A DNA stretch of 64,000 bases, taken from contig JAMPEU010000004.1 of the NCBI GenBank assembly GCA_023664865.1, forward strand, positions 51,627 through 115,626, written 5' to 3'. The position numbers and the translations under genes were made by a program. The notes beneath the pieces were generated by a model, which was given only the letters and a program-made list of their open reading frames with translations, was not told the origin of the DNA and made no database searches. Positions 9,414 through 18,317 of this stretch are shown one piece after another (position 1 is the stretch's first letter; every line of letters begins with the position of its first letter). The stretch comes from Butyrivibrio sp. GTDB taxonomy: Bacteria; Bacillota; Clostridia; Lachnospirales; Lachnospiraceae.

Positions 9414-10874
9414 TTACACAATGCTCTCGCCACGGATAGCTTTGGAAACGCCGTTTGCCGCGAACAGAAGAATAACGCTGACAATGGATTTAACCATACC
9501 GATAACCGTGGACAACGGAATATTACCATTAGTGATACCCAGCGTATATACATAATAATCAAGTACCTGAATGGTATCCATGTTTACTTTATTAGCAAAT
9601 ACCATATACTGATCCATACCATTGCTCAAGATATTGGCAATAGACATCAGCAGCATAACACAGTAAGTAGGAATAAGGCCGGGCAGAGTCACATGCCACA
9701 TCTTAGCAAAACGTCCTGCGCCATCCACTGTTGCCGCCTCATAGAGCTGCTGGTCGATGCCGGAAATACCTGCTATGTAAATAATCGCACTCCAGCCGAT
9801 ACCTTTCCACATTCCCCATGCAAGCATCTTAATCCAGATATGGGATGCACTCATCAGGTAGTTAGTGCCTGTCTGTCCTTCCGCTAACATTCCGAGCTGT
9901 GCCGCCGCAGTATTGACAAAACCGTCGGTAGAAAAGATAGCAAATGCAATCGCATATACTAAAACCCAGCTTATAAAGTTAGGAACCGTGGTAAATGTCT
10001 GTACAAAACGACGGAACCTCATATTCTTAATTTCATTAAGGAATATTGCAAACGCCATTGCGCACCAGCTTGTTGCAATACCAAGACCGCTCATGGCAAG
10101 GGTGTTGCGAAGCACACGGACTACGTCGGCTTTTGTCGCCTGACTCTGGAACAATGATGTAAACCATTTAAATCCTACGAAATTATCCATGGACAGGGTT
10201 CCGCCCGCTGAATAATTAAAGAAAGCATATCTCCAGCCCCAAAGAGGGAGATAACTGAATACAAAACATAACGCTGCAAATGGAAGGAACATAAGGAACA
10301 GTTTGAATTTGGATTCCATTTCATACCCACAGCCTTCTTCCACTTTAGGCAGCAATATAATATTCGCTATAGTTGAAACAAGCACAACCACAGTCAAAAT
10401 CAGGTATACGATATAACCTGCCGGGAACATCGGACCAACTTTATCGTAATTGGAAGTTCCCTGTATCTGTCCATAAGAAACATAAATCAAAATAAGTCCC
10501 AGAACATCTGCTGCCGCTCCTGCTAAAGAAAAGATATTCCCCAGTTTTTTAAATTTCAGATTACCAAGGGACATGCAACCACCTGCGGCTGCCGCAGCTA
10601 TTCCCAAAAGCATTATCATTGAAGCCACATAAAGCAATATAATGTTTCCCTGCTCTATCCATCCTCTGTTAAACGCACGCCCCATCTCTGCTGTCAGACT
10701 GTTATAGAAAAGTCCCGACGTAAACAATGACAGGTTTTTATTAATCATCGTACAAATTCTGGAAGGCGTCGCTGCCGGGAAAAAAATAAGCGCAGTTGCA
10801 AGAAGCGTTGCAATACGCTGTATATAATAAACCTTATCGGCAATTATTTCGTTTTTAGTCTTATTTTCTTTCAT
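9414..10874 (-). CDS. Carbohydrate ABC transporter permease (MalF/LplB type) with an extra N-terminal multi-TM domain
   Basis: EAA loop LYEAATVDGA; ~190 extra hydrophobic residues at the N-terminus; start set at MKENK after RBS GGAGGTG. Confidence 0.88.
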   Translation of the reverse strand: MKENKTKNEIIADKVYYIQRIATLLATALIFFPAATPSRICTMINKNLSLFTSGLFYNSLTAEMGRAFNRGWIEQGNIILLYVASMIMLLGIAAAAAGGCMSLGNLKFKKLGNIFSLAGAAADVLGLILIYVSYGQIQGTSNYDKVGPMFPAGYIVYLILTVVVLVSTIANIILLPKVEEGCGYEMESKFKLFLMFLPFAALCFVFSYLPLWGWRYAFFNYSAGGTLSMDNFVGFKWFTSLFQSQATKADVVRVLRNTLAMSGLGIATSWCAMAFAIFLNEIKNMRFRRFVQTFTTVPNFISWVLVYAIAFAIFSTDGFVNTAAAQLGMLAEGQTGTNYLMSASHIWIKMLAWGMWKGIGWSAIIYIAGISGIDQQLYEAATVDGAGRFAKMWHVTLPGLIPTYCVMLLMSIANILSNGMDQYMVFANKVNMDTIQVLDYYVYTLGITNGNIPLSTVIGMVKSIVSVILLFAANGVSKAIRGESIV

Positions 10875-10900
10875 ACACACCTCCATAGGCTAGGAGTAAT

Positions 10901-10943
10901 AGCCGGACAGATATGCTCTTTATAGAATATATCTGTCCGTGCC
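10901..10943 (-). terminator. Intercistronic stem-loop
   Basis: CGGACAGATAT...ATATCTGTCCG inverted repeat between the surface-protein and permease genes. Confidence 0.5.
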
Positions 10944-10969
10944 ATATTATTTATCTACCACTTTTACAA

Positions 10970-12838
10970 TCAGTCTTTTTTCTTCTTGCTCATTACAACT
11001 GCTACAGCAGCGATTATTGCAACTACAACTACTACAATCACTACTATAACGACAGGAGACATAGAAGAAGACTCCTCTACCGGTGCAGGTTCTTCTGCCG
11101 GTGCAGGTTCAGACTCAGCCGGAGCCTCTGCCGCAGGTTCTTCTTCTACCGGCGCTGCTGCCGCTTCGTTATCATACGCGAAGCCTGATACCGTAAATGT
11201 AATCTCCATATCCTTAGGCGGTACTGCATAGTATCCGATTGTCGCCACATCGTCATTCCAGATATTCTGAATCAGCATAGTTACATAATTCACTGAATCC
11301 GGACTTAAGATAGGGCTGCATGATACATCTCTTCCGTCAATAGTAAGTTTAATATCAGATATTGTAATCTCTCCGGTATTAGGAATATCGGTAGAGATGA
11401 AAATCAGGTTGAAGTAATCCTGAGAGTCAAAATCTCCTTCAAGATTCATTCCGTTTGCAGAAATGGTATATGTGCCATTACCTGCAATAACTGTGTCTGT
11501 CAGAGTACCGTCCTTGACAATGGCATCGCTGCCTTCCCAGCCGGTAATCTGATTGAAGTATTCCGTTTCACGTCCATATGACTCATCATCAAAGGCATTA
11601 CGGAAAGAATATGTCGGTGTCTGAAGACCGATATAAGCGTTATATGTGCCGTTTAAATCAACAGCGTCAGGAGCTGCTGCCTCGCCTGCTGATGCAAGCT
11701 CGCCTACGCCTGCTACCGTGAAAGTTACTTCCATGGACTCTACAAGGAATCCGCTTCCTGATGAAGCATTAACATAATCGCTTGAGAATAAGCATGCTGT
11801 TGCGTCTGCAAGATTTCCCTCTGCTACACGATGATCAAGGTGATTATCGTCACCAGCCGTAGCTGTCTCGTCAGGGCTGTTCCACTCATTGTAAAGATTT
11901 ACACGAGTAGTTACGCCGCCGCCGTCTGCTGAACATGTATAACTCGGTCCCTGAAGTTCTACTTCTTCGCCGTTAATCTTAATGCTGTCTACGGTAATAG
12001 TATAGGCTGTTCCTAAAAGAAGTTCGCCGTTCTCAACCTCAAGGGCGTTGAACTGTACAAGGCTCTGTCCTTCTTTAGCTGTCATTGATACAGTATAAGT
12101 ACCGTCTCCGGTAATCTCTGCATCTACATATTCAGCTTCATACTCTGACCAGTCTTCATTGTTGATGCTAAGGTGTGCCATTGCCGGACCTTCTGCTGTC
12201 GGTGTTGCTGAATCCGCTGCTGCGCCAGCCTGTGTGCCAAATCCTGATACGGTAAATGCAACCTCTAATGACTCTACAAGGAATCCGCTGCCTGATGAGG
12301 CATTGACATAGTCGCTTGAGAACAGGCATGCTGTTGCATCTTCAAGATTTCCTTCTGCTACACGCTGGTCTGCGTGCTTATCATCGCCTTCACCTGCCGT
12401 AGCTGTTGCGTCAGGGCTGTTCCATTCATTGTAGATGTTTGTACGGGTAGTTACGCCGCCGCCATCTGCAGAACATGTAAAGCTCGGTCCCTGAAGTTCT
12501 ACTTCTTCACCGTTAATCTTAATACTGTCTACTGTAAGAACGCAGCCTGTACCAAGATAAGACTCGCCGTTTACAACTTCAAGCGCATTGAACTGTGCAA
12601 GGCTCTGTCCTTCTTTAGCCTCCATACCAACGGTGTAAGAACCGTCGCCGGTAATCTTGACATTTGTCCATTCAGCGTCAAACTCTCCCCATTCCTCATT
12701 ATTAATGTTGAGGTATGCCGTGCCGTCTTCAAGCCCTGATGCGTCCTGGGCTGCGTACACTGACAAAGGTGAAAGCGCCATCATGCAGGTAAACATGCCG
12801 GCAGAGGCAAGTGCTAACCATTTCTTAAACCTTTTCAT
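10970..12838 (-). CDS. Secreted, C-terminally membrane-anchored protein with tandem putative carbohydrate-binding modules
   Basis: Signal peptide (MKRFKKW...VYA); two near-identical ~165-aa repeats plus a third divergent module; E/P/A linker; TM helix with KKKKD tail; no catalytic motif recognised. Confidence 0.8.
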   Translation of the reverse strand: MKRFKKWLALASAGMFTCMMALSPLSVYAAQDASGLEDGTAYLNINNEEWGEFDAEWTNVKITGDGSYTVGMEAKEGQSLAQFNALEVVNGESYLGTGCVLTVDSIKINGEEVELQGPSFTCSADGGGVTTRTNIYNEWNSPDATATAGEGDDKHADQRVAEGNLEDATACLFSSDYVNASSGSGFLVESLEVAFTVSGFGTQAGAAADSATPTAEGPAMAHLSINNEDWSEYEAEYVDAEITGDGTYTVSMTAKEGQSLVQFNALEVENGELLLGTAYTITVDSIKINGEEVELQGPSYTCSADGGGVTTRVNLYNEWNSPDETATAGDDNHLDHRVAEGNLADATACLFSSDYVNASSGSGFLVESMEVTFTVAGVGELASAGEAAAPDAVDLNGTYNAYIGLQTPTYSFRNAFDDESYGRETEYFNQITGWEGSDAIVKDGTLTDTVIAGNGTYTISANGMNLEGDFDSQDYFNLIFISTDIPNTGEITISDIKLTIDGRDVSCSPILSPDSVNYVTMLIQNIWNDDVATIGYYAVPPKDMEITFTVSGFAYDNEAAAAPVEEEPAAEAPAESEPAPAEEPAPVEESSSMSPVVIVVIVVVVVAIIAAVAVVMSKKKKD

Positions 12839-13026
12839 TACTTTTCCTCCTATTTCGTCCACTTAGGACAGTTTATTGTTACTTTATTTAAATCTCCCAC
12901 ACCGATAAAGTGTGTTGAACACAATTTAGATATGGGAAATTTGAATACTTAAAATTAAAAATGTGATTATAACTTAAAAATATTATTGTAAAATTTACCT
13001 CATTCATTTACAGCACATTTTAATTT

Positions 13027-13055
13027 ATTATAACAATGTATGAATAGAAATACAA
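13027..13055 (-). promoter_or_regulatory. Sigma70/SigA promoter for the leftward glycan-uptake operon
   Basis: Minus strand TTGTAT-N17-TATAAT with extended -10 TG. Confidence 0.65.
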
Positions 13056-13198
13056 GAAAAACTAGCATATTTTTTGTTTATTTTTTATAGTTTCAAATTA
13101 TATCTTGTAGTTTTTTCATATATTATACCTTATACGTATATATTATTTCTATAAGAATTGCCACAAATTATAATGCAAATTTTTACATTTTCGCCAAA

Positions 13199-13220
13199 AG
13201 TAGTAAAAAAGTAGTAAATT
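13199..13220 (+). repeat. Tandem integrase arm-type sites (DR2-like), int-distal
   Basis: AGTAGTAAAAA AGTAGTAAATT. Confidence 0.75.
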
Positions 13221-13231
13221 ATGTATCTTCG

Positions 13232-14425
13232 CTATGCAATCAGTCGTTCCATTTCCGCTTTTGCGGCAGTAAAAGATGCGTGTGCGTAATAATCCAGCGT
13301 CATTGAAATGTTTGAATGTCCCATGATATATTGTAAAGCTTTCGGATTCATTCCCGCATTAGCAAGATTAGTGCAGAATGTATGGCGCAATGTGTGAGGC
13401 GTCATAACTTTTGGCAGCGCGGTCTCATGAGATTTGTTATATTTTTCTGCAAGCCGCTTAAACATATTATCATAATTGCTTGCAGTCTTTGGATATCCGT
13501 CCCGATTAATAAATAAGAAATTGCTCCAGCCATCAATACTAATGTTTTTTGCCCCTTTGCGCTTTTCTAATGCGCGCCTTAGTGCAGCGTATACCTTCTC
13601 ACTCATCGGAATCTGTCTGATGCCGCTTTGAGTTTTGGGTTTCTCAATATAATATCCGGTTTCTGAACTCCGCAAGAGTTGATGGTCTATCTTAATGATT
13701 TTATTTTCAAAATCAAGATTAGCCTCAGTCAGTCCGCAAAGTTCAGATATGCGCAGTCCCGTACCCAGTAAAATAATAAATTCATCATAATATTTTTTAT
13801 AAATTCCATCCTCGCGAATAAAATCAAGAAGTGATTTCTCTTGTTCTAGCGTAAGTGGCACTTTGGGGTTTGTATCATCCTCTATCACTGTATTTAACTG
13901 AAACTCAAAAGGATTTTTTCGTATACAGTCGTCCTGCATTGCCGCGTAAAATGCCGCCTTTAAAGAGCGCTTATCGTTACTTATTGTCTTATAAGATATG
14001 CCCTTTTGTTTCATGCGCAGAACCCACTCTTTTACATCAGACTGTTTTACATTTTCTATTGAATAAGAACCCAGTTTATCTTTTTCTAACAGCTTCATTA
14101 GCCGCTTGCGCCCCTGTGTAGTATTATATCTGACATTTCCGCGATGTTTTGTCTGTTTGGCGTAAAGCTCGCAAACTGTCATTTTTTTACCCTTTACATC
14201 TATTCCGTCGTCCAAATCTTTACGGATTTTCCTTTCTTTTTCACGCAAAGATATATCGTTATGTTTTCCTGCCGGAGTCTTGTCAGTAGGAACTAATTTC
14301 CAGGCATATGCAAACTTCACCTTACCTAAGGAGTCAGTATATTTATAGGCATATCGCCCATCTTTTCGCTGACTCTCACCTAAATGCAAAATACGATTTT
14401 TATTGTCGCGTCTTTTCTCTGCCAT
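13232..14425 (-). CDS. int: Tn916-family tyrosine integrase
   Basis: N-terminal arm-binding domain (KRRDNKNRILHLGESQRKDGRYAYKY); catalytic motifs GLRISE, HTLRHT, MGHS and terminal Tyr present; start at MAEK after RBS AGGAG. Confidence 0.93.
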   Translation of the reverse strand: MAEKRRDNKNRILHLGESQRKDGRYAYKYTDSLGKVKFAYAWKLVPTDKTPAGKHNDISLREKERKIRKDLDDGIDVKGKKMTVCELYAKQTKHRGNVRYNTTQGRKRLMKLLEKDKLGSYSIENVKQSDVKEWVLRMKQKGISYKTISNDKRSLKAAFYAAMQDDCIRKNPFEFQLNTVIEDDTNPKVPLTLEQEKSLLDFIREDGIYKKYYDEFIILLGTGLRISELCGLTEANLDFENKIIKIDHQLLRSSETGYYIEKPKTQSGIRQIPMSEKVYAALRRALEKRKGAKNISIDGWSNFLFINRDGYPKTASNYDNMFKRLAEKYNKSHETALPKVMTPHTLRHTFCTNLANAGMNPKALQYIMGHSNISMTLDYYAHASFTAAKAEMERLIA

Positions 14426-14464
14426 AATGCAATGCTCCTCTCTTGAAACCAAAGTAATCTTAAC

Positions 14465-14487
14465 GGTAGTAAATTAAGTAGTAATTT
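14465..14487 (+). repeat. Tandem integrase arm-type sites (DR2-like), int-proximal
   Basis: GGTAGTAAATT A AGTAGTAATTT, same orientation as 13199-13220. Confidence 0.75.
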
Positions 14488-14606
14488 TTAGAGGCTTTTT
14501 TGAAAATCGCCCGTTAATTCAAGGCTAGCCCAAAATAATTAAATTTTACAATAAAATTTTTACTTTTATTCCTACAGTTATACAAATTTAAACAGGAGGG
14601 TGATGA

Positions 14607-15551
14607 ATGAGCGCTAGGGAGAAAAAGGTTAAACAGAAGAAAATCAAGCAGAAATTCAGTTTGCAGCTAATGTATAAGCAAAGATATCTGCTTTTAATGT
14701 CAGTTCCGTTCGTTATTTGGCTGATTATTTTCAAGTACATACCGTTATGGGGTTGGACAATGGCATTTCAAGATGTCAAGCCTGCAACATTTGCACTTTC
14801 ATTTTTTGAGAGAGAGTTTGTAGGCTTTGATAACTTTGCTAAAGCTTTCTCAGATCGTATTTTCGTCCAGACGATGATTAATACAATTGCCCTTAGTATA
14901 CTTGGTATTGCTCTTGGAACAATTTCGGCTATTACATTCGCGCTGATGCTCAATGAACTTCGTTATGTCAAATTTAAAAAGATAACACAGACAATTTCTT
15001 ATCTTCCGCATTTCGTATCATGGGTAGTTATTGCGAGTATTGCCAAAATGGTATTCAATGATGGCGGAATGCTCGATACGCTTACAGGCAAGAATCTTAA
15101 ATTAATGTCAACTAATTCCGCACTGTTTTGGGTTGTTATATGTATTATCAATGTTTGGAAAGAAGTCGGTTGGGATGCAATTGTATATCTTTCTGCAATG
15201 GCGGGAATCGATCAGGGACTTTATGAAGCCGCCAAAGTAGACGGTGCGAACAGATTGCAGCGGATTTGGCATATCACATTGCCGGGTATTAAACCTACCG
15301 TTGTCGTATTGTTGATTATGAGTATCGGAAGCGCTCTTAATGTTGGTATGGAACGTCAAATGCTGTTAAGTAATGCAATCGTTCAGGATCACGCAATGGT
15401 GCTTTCATGGTTCGCTTATCTGAGAGGTATCGGCAACAACAATTACGGCGTCGGTACTGCAATCGGTATGTTTCAGTCATTAGTCGGCATTACGCTGCTT
15501 CTGATTGCAAATAAGATTGCCGGATGGCTTGGCGAAAACAAACTGGTATAG
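14607..15551 (+). CDS. Carbohydrate ABC transporter permease (LplB type)
   Basis: QTISYLPHFVSWVV and LYEAAKVDGA motifs. Confidence 0.92.
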   Translation: MSAREKKVKQKKIKQKFSLQLMYKQRYLLLMSVPFVIWLIIFKYIPLWGWTMAFQDVKPATFALSFFEREFVGFDNFAKAFSDRIFVQTMINTIALSILGIALGTISAITFALMLNELRYVKFKKITQTISYLPHFVSWVVIASIAKMVFNDGGMLDTLTGKNLKLMSTNSALFWVVICIINVWKEVGWDAIVYLSAMAGIDQGLYEAAKVDGANRLQRIWHITLPGIKPTVVVLLIMSIGSALNVGMERQMLLSNAIVQDHAMVLSWFAYLRGIGNNNYGVGTAIGMFQSLVGITLLLIANKIAGWLGENKLV

Positions 15552-15562
15552 GGAGGGCTGTC

Positions 15563-16459
15563 ATGAAAAATACAGCAATATCAAACAAAGTTAAAAGCAG
15601 GGACAGATATCTTGACTATGTACTGGTAGTTTTATTTGTATTTATTATCATTATAACATTATATCCATTTTTAAATGTATTGGCTATTTCGTTAAATGAT
15701 CCGGTAGATACTATGCGTAATATTAATTTTGTTTTCCCAAGGGTATTTACATTATATAACTACCAATACGTTTTCAGGGAGAATGATTTACTTGGCGCAT
15801 TTATCACTTCCATAGCAAGAACGATAATCGGTACGGGTTCTGGCGTCATCTGTACATCGATGGTCGCATATGTGCTAAGCAGACGTGATTTTTATTTTAA
15901 TAAAATTTTTACCATGCTTTTCATTATTACCATGTATGTCAGCGGAGGATTGATTCCGGAATATCTGCTTTTGGCAAGAACATTAAAACTGACAAACAAC
16001 TTTTTGGTTTATATCATACCCGGACTTATTTGGGTGTATAACATCATATTGACTCGTTCTTATATAGACGGACTTCCTGACGCATTACAGGAAGCTGCAA
16101 AAATTGATGGAGCAAATGACCTATATATCTGGGGAAAAATAGTTGTTCCGCTTTGTAAGCCAGTAATGGCAACAGTGGCGCTATTTGTGGCAGTAGGACA
16201 ATGGAATTCTTTCATGGATACATATTTGTATGCGAAAAAACTGCCAACATTACAATATCTGCTCTATGAAATTATGGAGCAGGCAACAACAAGGATAGAC
16301 ACGCATGCAACTATGCAGCAGATGGCTACAACGACAGTGTCGCCGCTTTCAGTGCGTATGGCAGTTACCATTATAGCCACTCTGCCAATACTTGTAGTTT
16401 ATCCTTTCCTACAAAAATATTTTGTAGGCGGTATGACGATTGGTGCAGTCAAAGACTGA
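15563..16459 (+). CDS. Carbohydrate ABC transporter permease (LplC type)
   Basis: LQEAAKIDGA; YFVGGMTIGAVKD; start at MKNT after GGAGGG. Confidence 0.92.
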   Translation: MKNTAISNKVKSRDRYLDYVLVVLFVFIIIITLYPFLNVLAISLNDPVDTMRNINFVFPRVFTLYNYQYVFRENDLLGAFITSIARTIIGTGSGVICTSMVAYVLSRRDFYFNKIFTMLFIITMYVSGGLIPEYLLLARTLKLTNNFLVYIIPGLIWVYNIILTRSYIDGLPDALQEAAKIDGANDLYIWGKIVVPLCKPVMATVALFVAVGQWNSFMDTYLYAKKLPTLQYLLYEIMEQATTRIDTHATMQQMATTTVSPLSVRMAVTIIATLPILVVYPFLQKYFVGGMTIGAVKD

Positions 16460-16493
16460 GCTGATAAAAAAACAAGGAGGATTTATAAAAATC

Positions 16494-18242
16494 ATGAAAA
16501 AGAAAAAAATTATGGCAATGCTGCTTGCTGCAACAATGATAGCAGCATCCCTGACTGCATGCGGCAGCGATAACGGCAGTAGTTCAGGTGACAACAGTTC
16601 AACGGGAACAACCGACAGCAACTCAACAGGCAGTTCTGCTAACGAGACGTCAGGTACAGATAACTCACAGGCAGATACGTCTACAACAGAACCACAGGAA
16701 GAAATTACATTTACCTTCTACAGTGCAGACGGTCAAGCTGATCCGTGGACAGATCCGGTAGCTCTTGCAATTACCGATGCAACCGGTGTAAAGCTGGATA
16801 CAAGCTATCCGCTGTCATCAGAGGAAGAAGATATTGCACTGATGATTGCCGAAGGCAATTATCCTGATTTAATTTTTGCAAAAGGTTCTGCCGGAAACTT
16901 AATTGATGCCGGAGCATTAATTGATATGACTGATTTGATTGATCAATATGCGCCCAATATTAAAAAGATGTATGGGGAAGAACTTGCTAAATTAAAGTAT
17001 TCTGCAGATGATGAATCTATTTATCAGTTATCTTCTTACAACGTAGGCGGCGTGACTTATGAAACAGGCGGCACATTACAGCTGCAGTGGGATCTCGTGA
17101 AAGAGAATGATTACGCTATTCCACAGACTTTGGAAGAATATGAGACAATGCTGAAAGATTACATTGCTGCACACCCGACAACAGATGATGGATATGAAAC
17201 AATCGGTCTTAGTATTTCATGCAGTGACTGGCATTGGTATATCACTCTTGCCAACCCTGCAGGATATATTGGCGATGGCGCACCTGATAATGGTCAGTGG
17301 CTGATTGATGACGATTACAATGCAATGTATAAATTCCGTTCCGAGAAAGAAAGGGAATATTTCAAATGGCTGAGCCGCATGTACGATGAAGGTGTACTTG
17401 ACAGTAATTTTGCTACGCAGACACATGAAGATTATATTGCTAAGATTTCAACCGGCCAAGTGCTTTCTCTGATTGATGCAAATTGGGATTATAATGATGC
17501 GGTAACTATTCTCAAGGCAGATGGGAAATTAGGCAAAACATATGCTGAGCTTCCTTTCACGGCGGATGCAGATACAAAGTGCGCTACATTGATGTATCAA
17601 GGTCTTACGACCGGTTACGGTGTTGGTATCTCCATAGATTGTGCCGATCCTGTAAGAGCAATTCAGTTCCTTGACTATCTGTGTTCCGATGAAGGCCAGG
17701 TATTAACGCATTGGGGCATTGAAGGCGTAAACTACCAGATTGATGAAAACGGCCACCGTTACAGAACACAAGAAGAAATTGAATATAACAATACAGATAC
17801 AGAGTATTCCAAGACCACCGGCGTAGGTTTCCATACATATCCGTTCCCTTCTTATGGCGACGGTATTGAAGATTCTACCGGAAGCACATACACAACCACA
17901 AGCAAGGATTCCGTTATCAACAACTATACCTCGGAGCAGCAGGCTGGTTGTGAAGCATGGGGTGTCGAACTTTTGACAGAACTTTACCCGCAACCAAGTG
18001 AATTTGCAACACCTCCGTACTCTGCAATCTGGGCATATGCAAAGCCGAGTGAGTTTTCAGAAATCGAATCACTTCTTGATGAGATTGCATGGCCTGCATT
18101 GATTACATGCATTACAGATCCTGTTGACAACTTTGATGCAAACTATGATAAGATGTTAAGCGATTTGGAAGGCGTTGGAATGTATGAGGCTGAAGAAATG
18201 CTTACAGAAATTATAAAAGAAAAAGTTGCAATGGTTCAGTAG
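16494..18242 (+). CDS. Oligosaccharide ABC transporter solute-binding lipoprotein
   Basis: Lipobox LTAC, S/T linker, SBP sequence; RBS AAGGAGG. Confidence 0.9.
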   Translation: MKKKKIMAMLLAATMIAASLTACGSDNGSSSGDNSSTGTTDSNSTGSSANETSGTDNSQADTSTTEPQEEITFTFYSADGQADPWTDPVALAITDATGVKLDTSYPLSSEEEDIALMIAEGNYPDLIFAKGSAGNLIDAGALIDMTDLIDQYAPNIKKMYGEELAKLKYSADDESIYQLSSYNVGGVTYETGGTLQLQWDLVKENDYAIPQTLEEYETMLKDYIAAHPTTDDGYETIGLSISCSDWHWYITLANPAGYIGDGAPDNGQWLIDDDYNAMYKFRSEKEREYFKWLSRMYDEGVLDSNFATQTHEDYIAKISTGQVLSLIDANWDYNDAVTILKADGKLGKTYAELPFTADADTKCATLMYQGLTTGYGVGISIDCADPVRAIQFLDYLCSDEGQVLTHWGIEGVNYQIDENGHRYRTQEEIEYNNTDTEYSKTTGVGFHTYPFPSYGDGIEDSTGSTYTTTSKDSVINNYTSEQQAGCEAWGVELLTELYPQPSEFATPPYSAIWAYAKPSEFSEIESLLDEIAWPALITCITDPVDNFDANYDKMLSDLEGVGMYEAEEMLTEIIKEKVAMVQ

Positions 18243-18270
18243 GACTAATTAGAAAAGTAAAACATTTTTT

Positions 18271-18309
18271 ACGGGACGACCATATTGTATGGTGCGTCCC
18301 GTTCTTTTT
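18271..18309. terminator. Bidirectional intrinsic terminator
   Basis: ACGGGACG-ACCATA/TATGGT-GCGTCCCGT followed by a T-tract, between convergent genes. Confidence 0.7.
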
Positions 18310-18317
18310 ACATCATT

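Larger units (their letters stand above)
13057..14570 (-). mobile_element. Miniature Tn916-like element containing only an integrase
   Basis: Tandem AGTAGTAAATT-like arm sites on both sides of int (13199-13220, 14465-14487); AT-rich ends AAAAACTAGCATA and AAATTTTTACTTTTATT resemble Tn916 termini as recalled; boundaries approximate. Confidence 0.65.

Noticed and set aside
12891-12941. Stem AAATCTCCCA/TGGGAAATTT enclosing the palindrome TGTGTTGAACACA
   Set aside because: Single occurrence with no second copy at other locus promoters; cannot distinguish operator, leader stem or chance.
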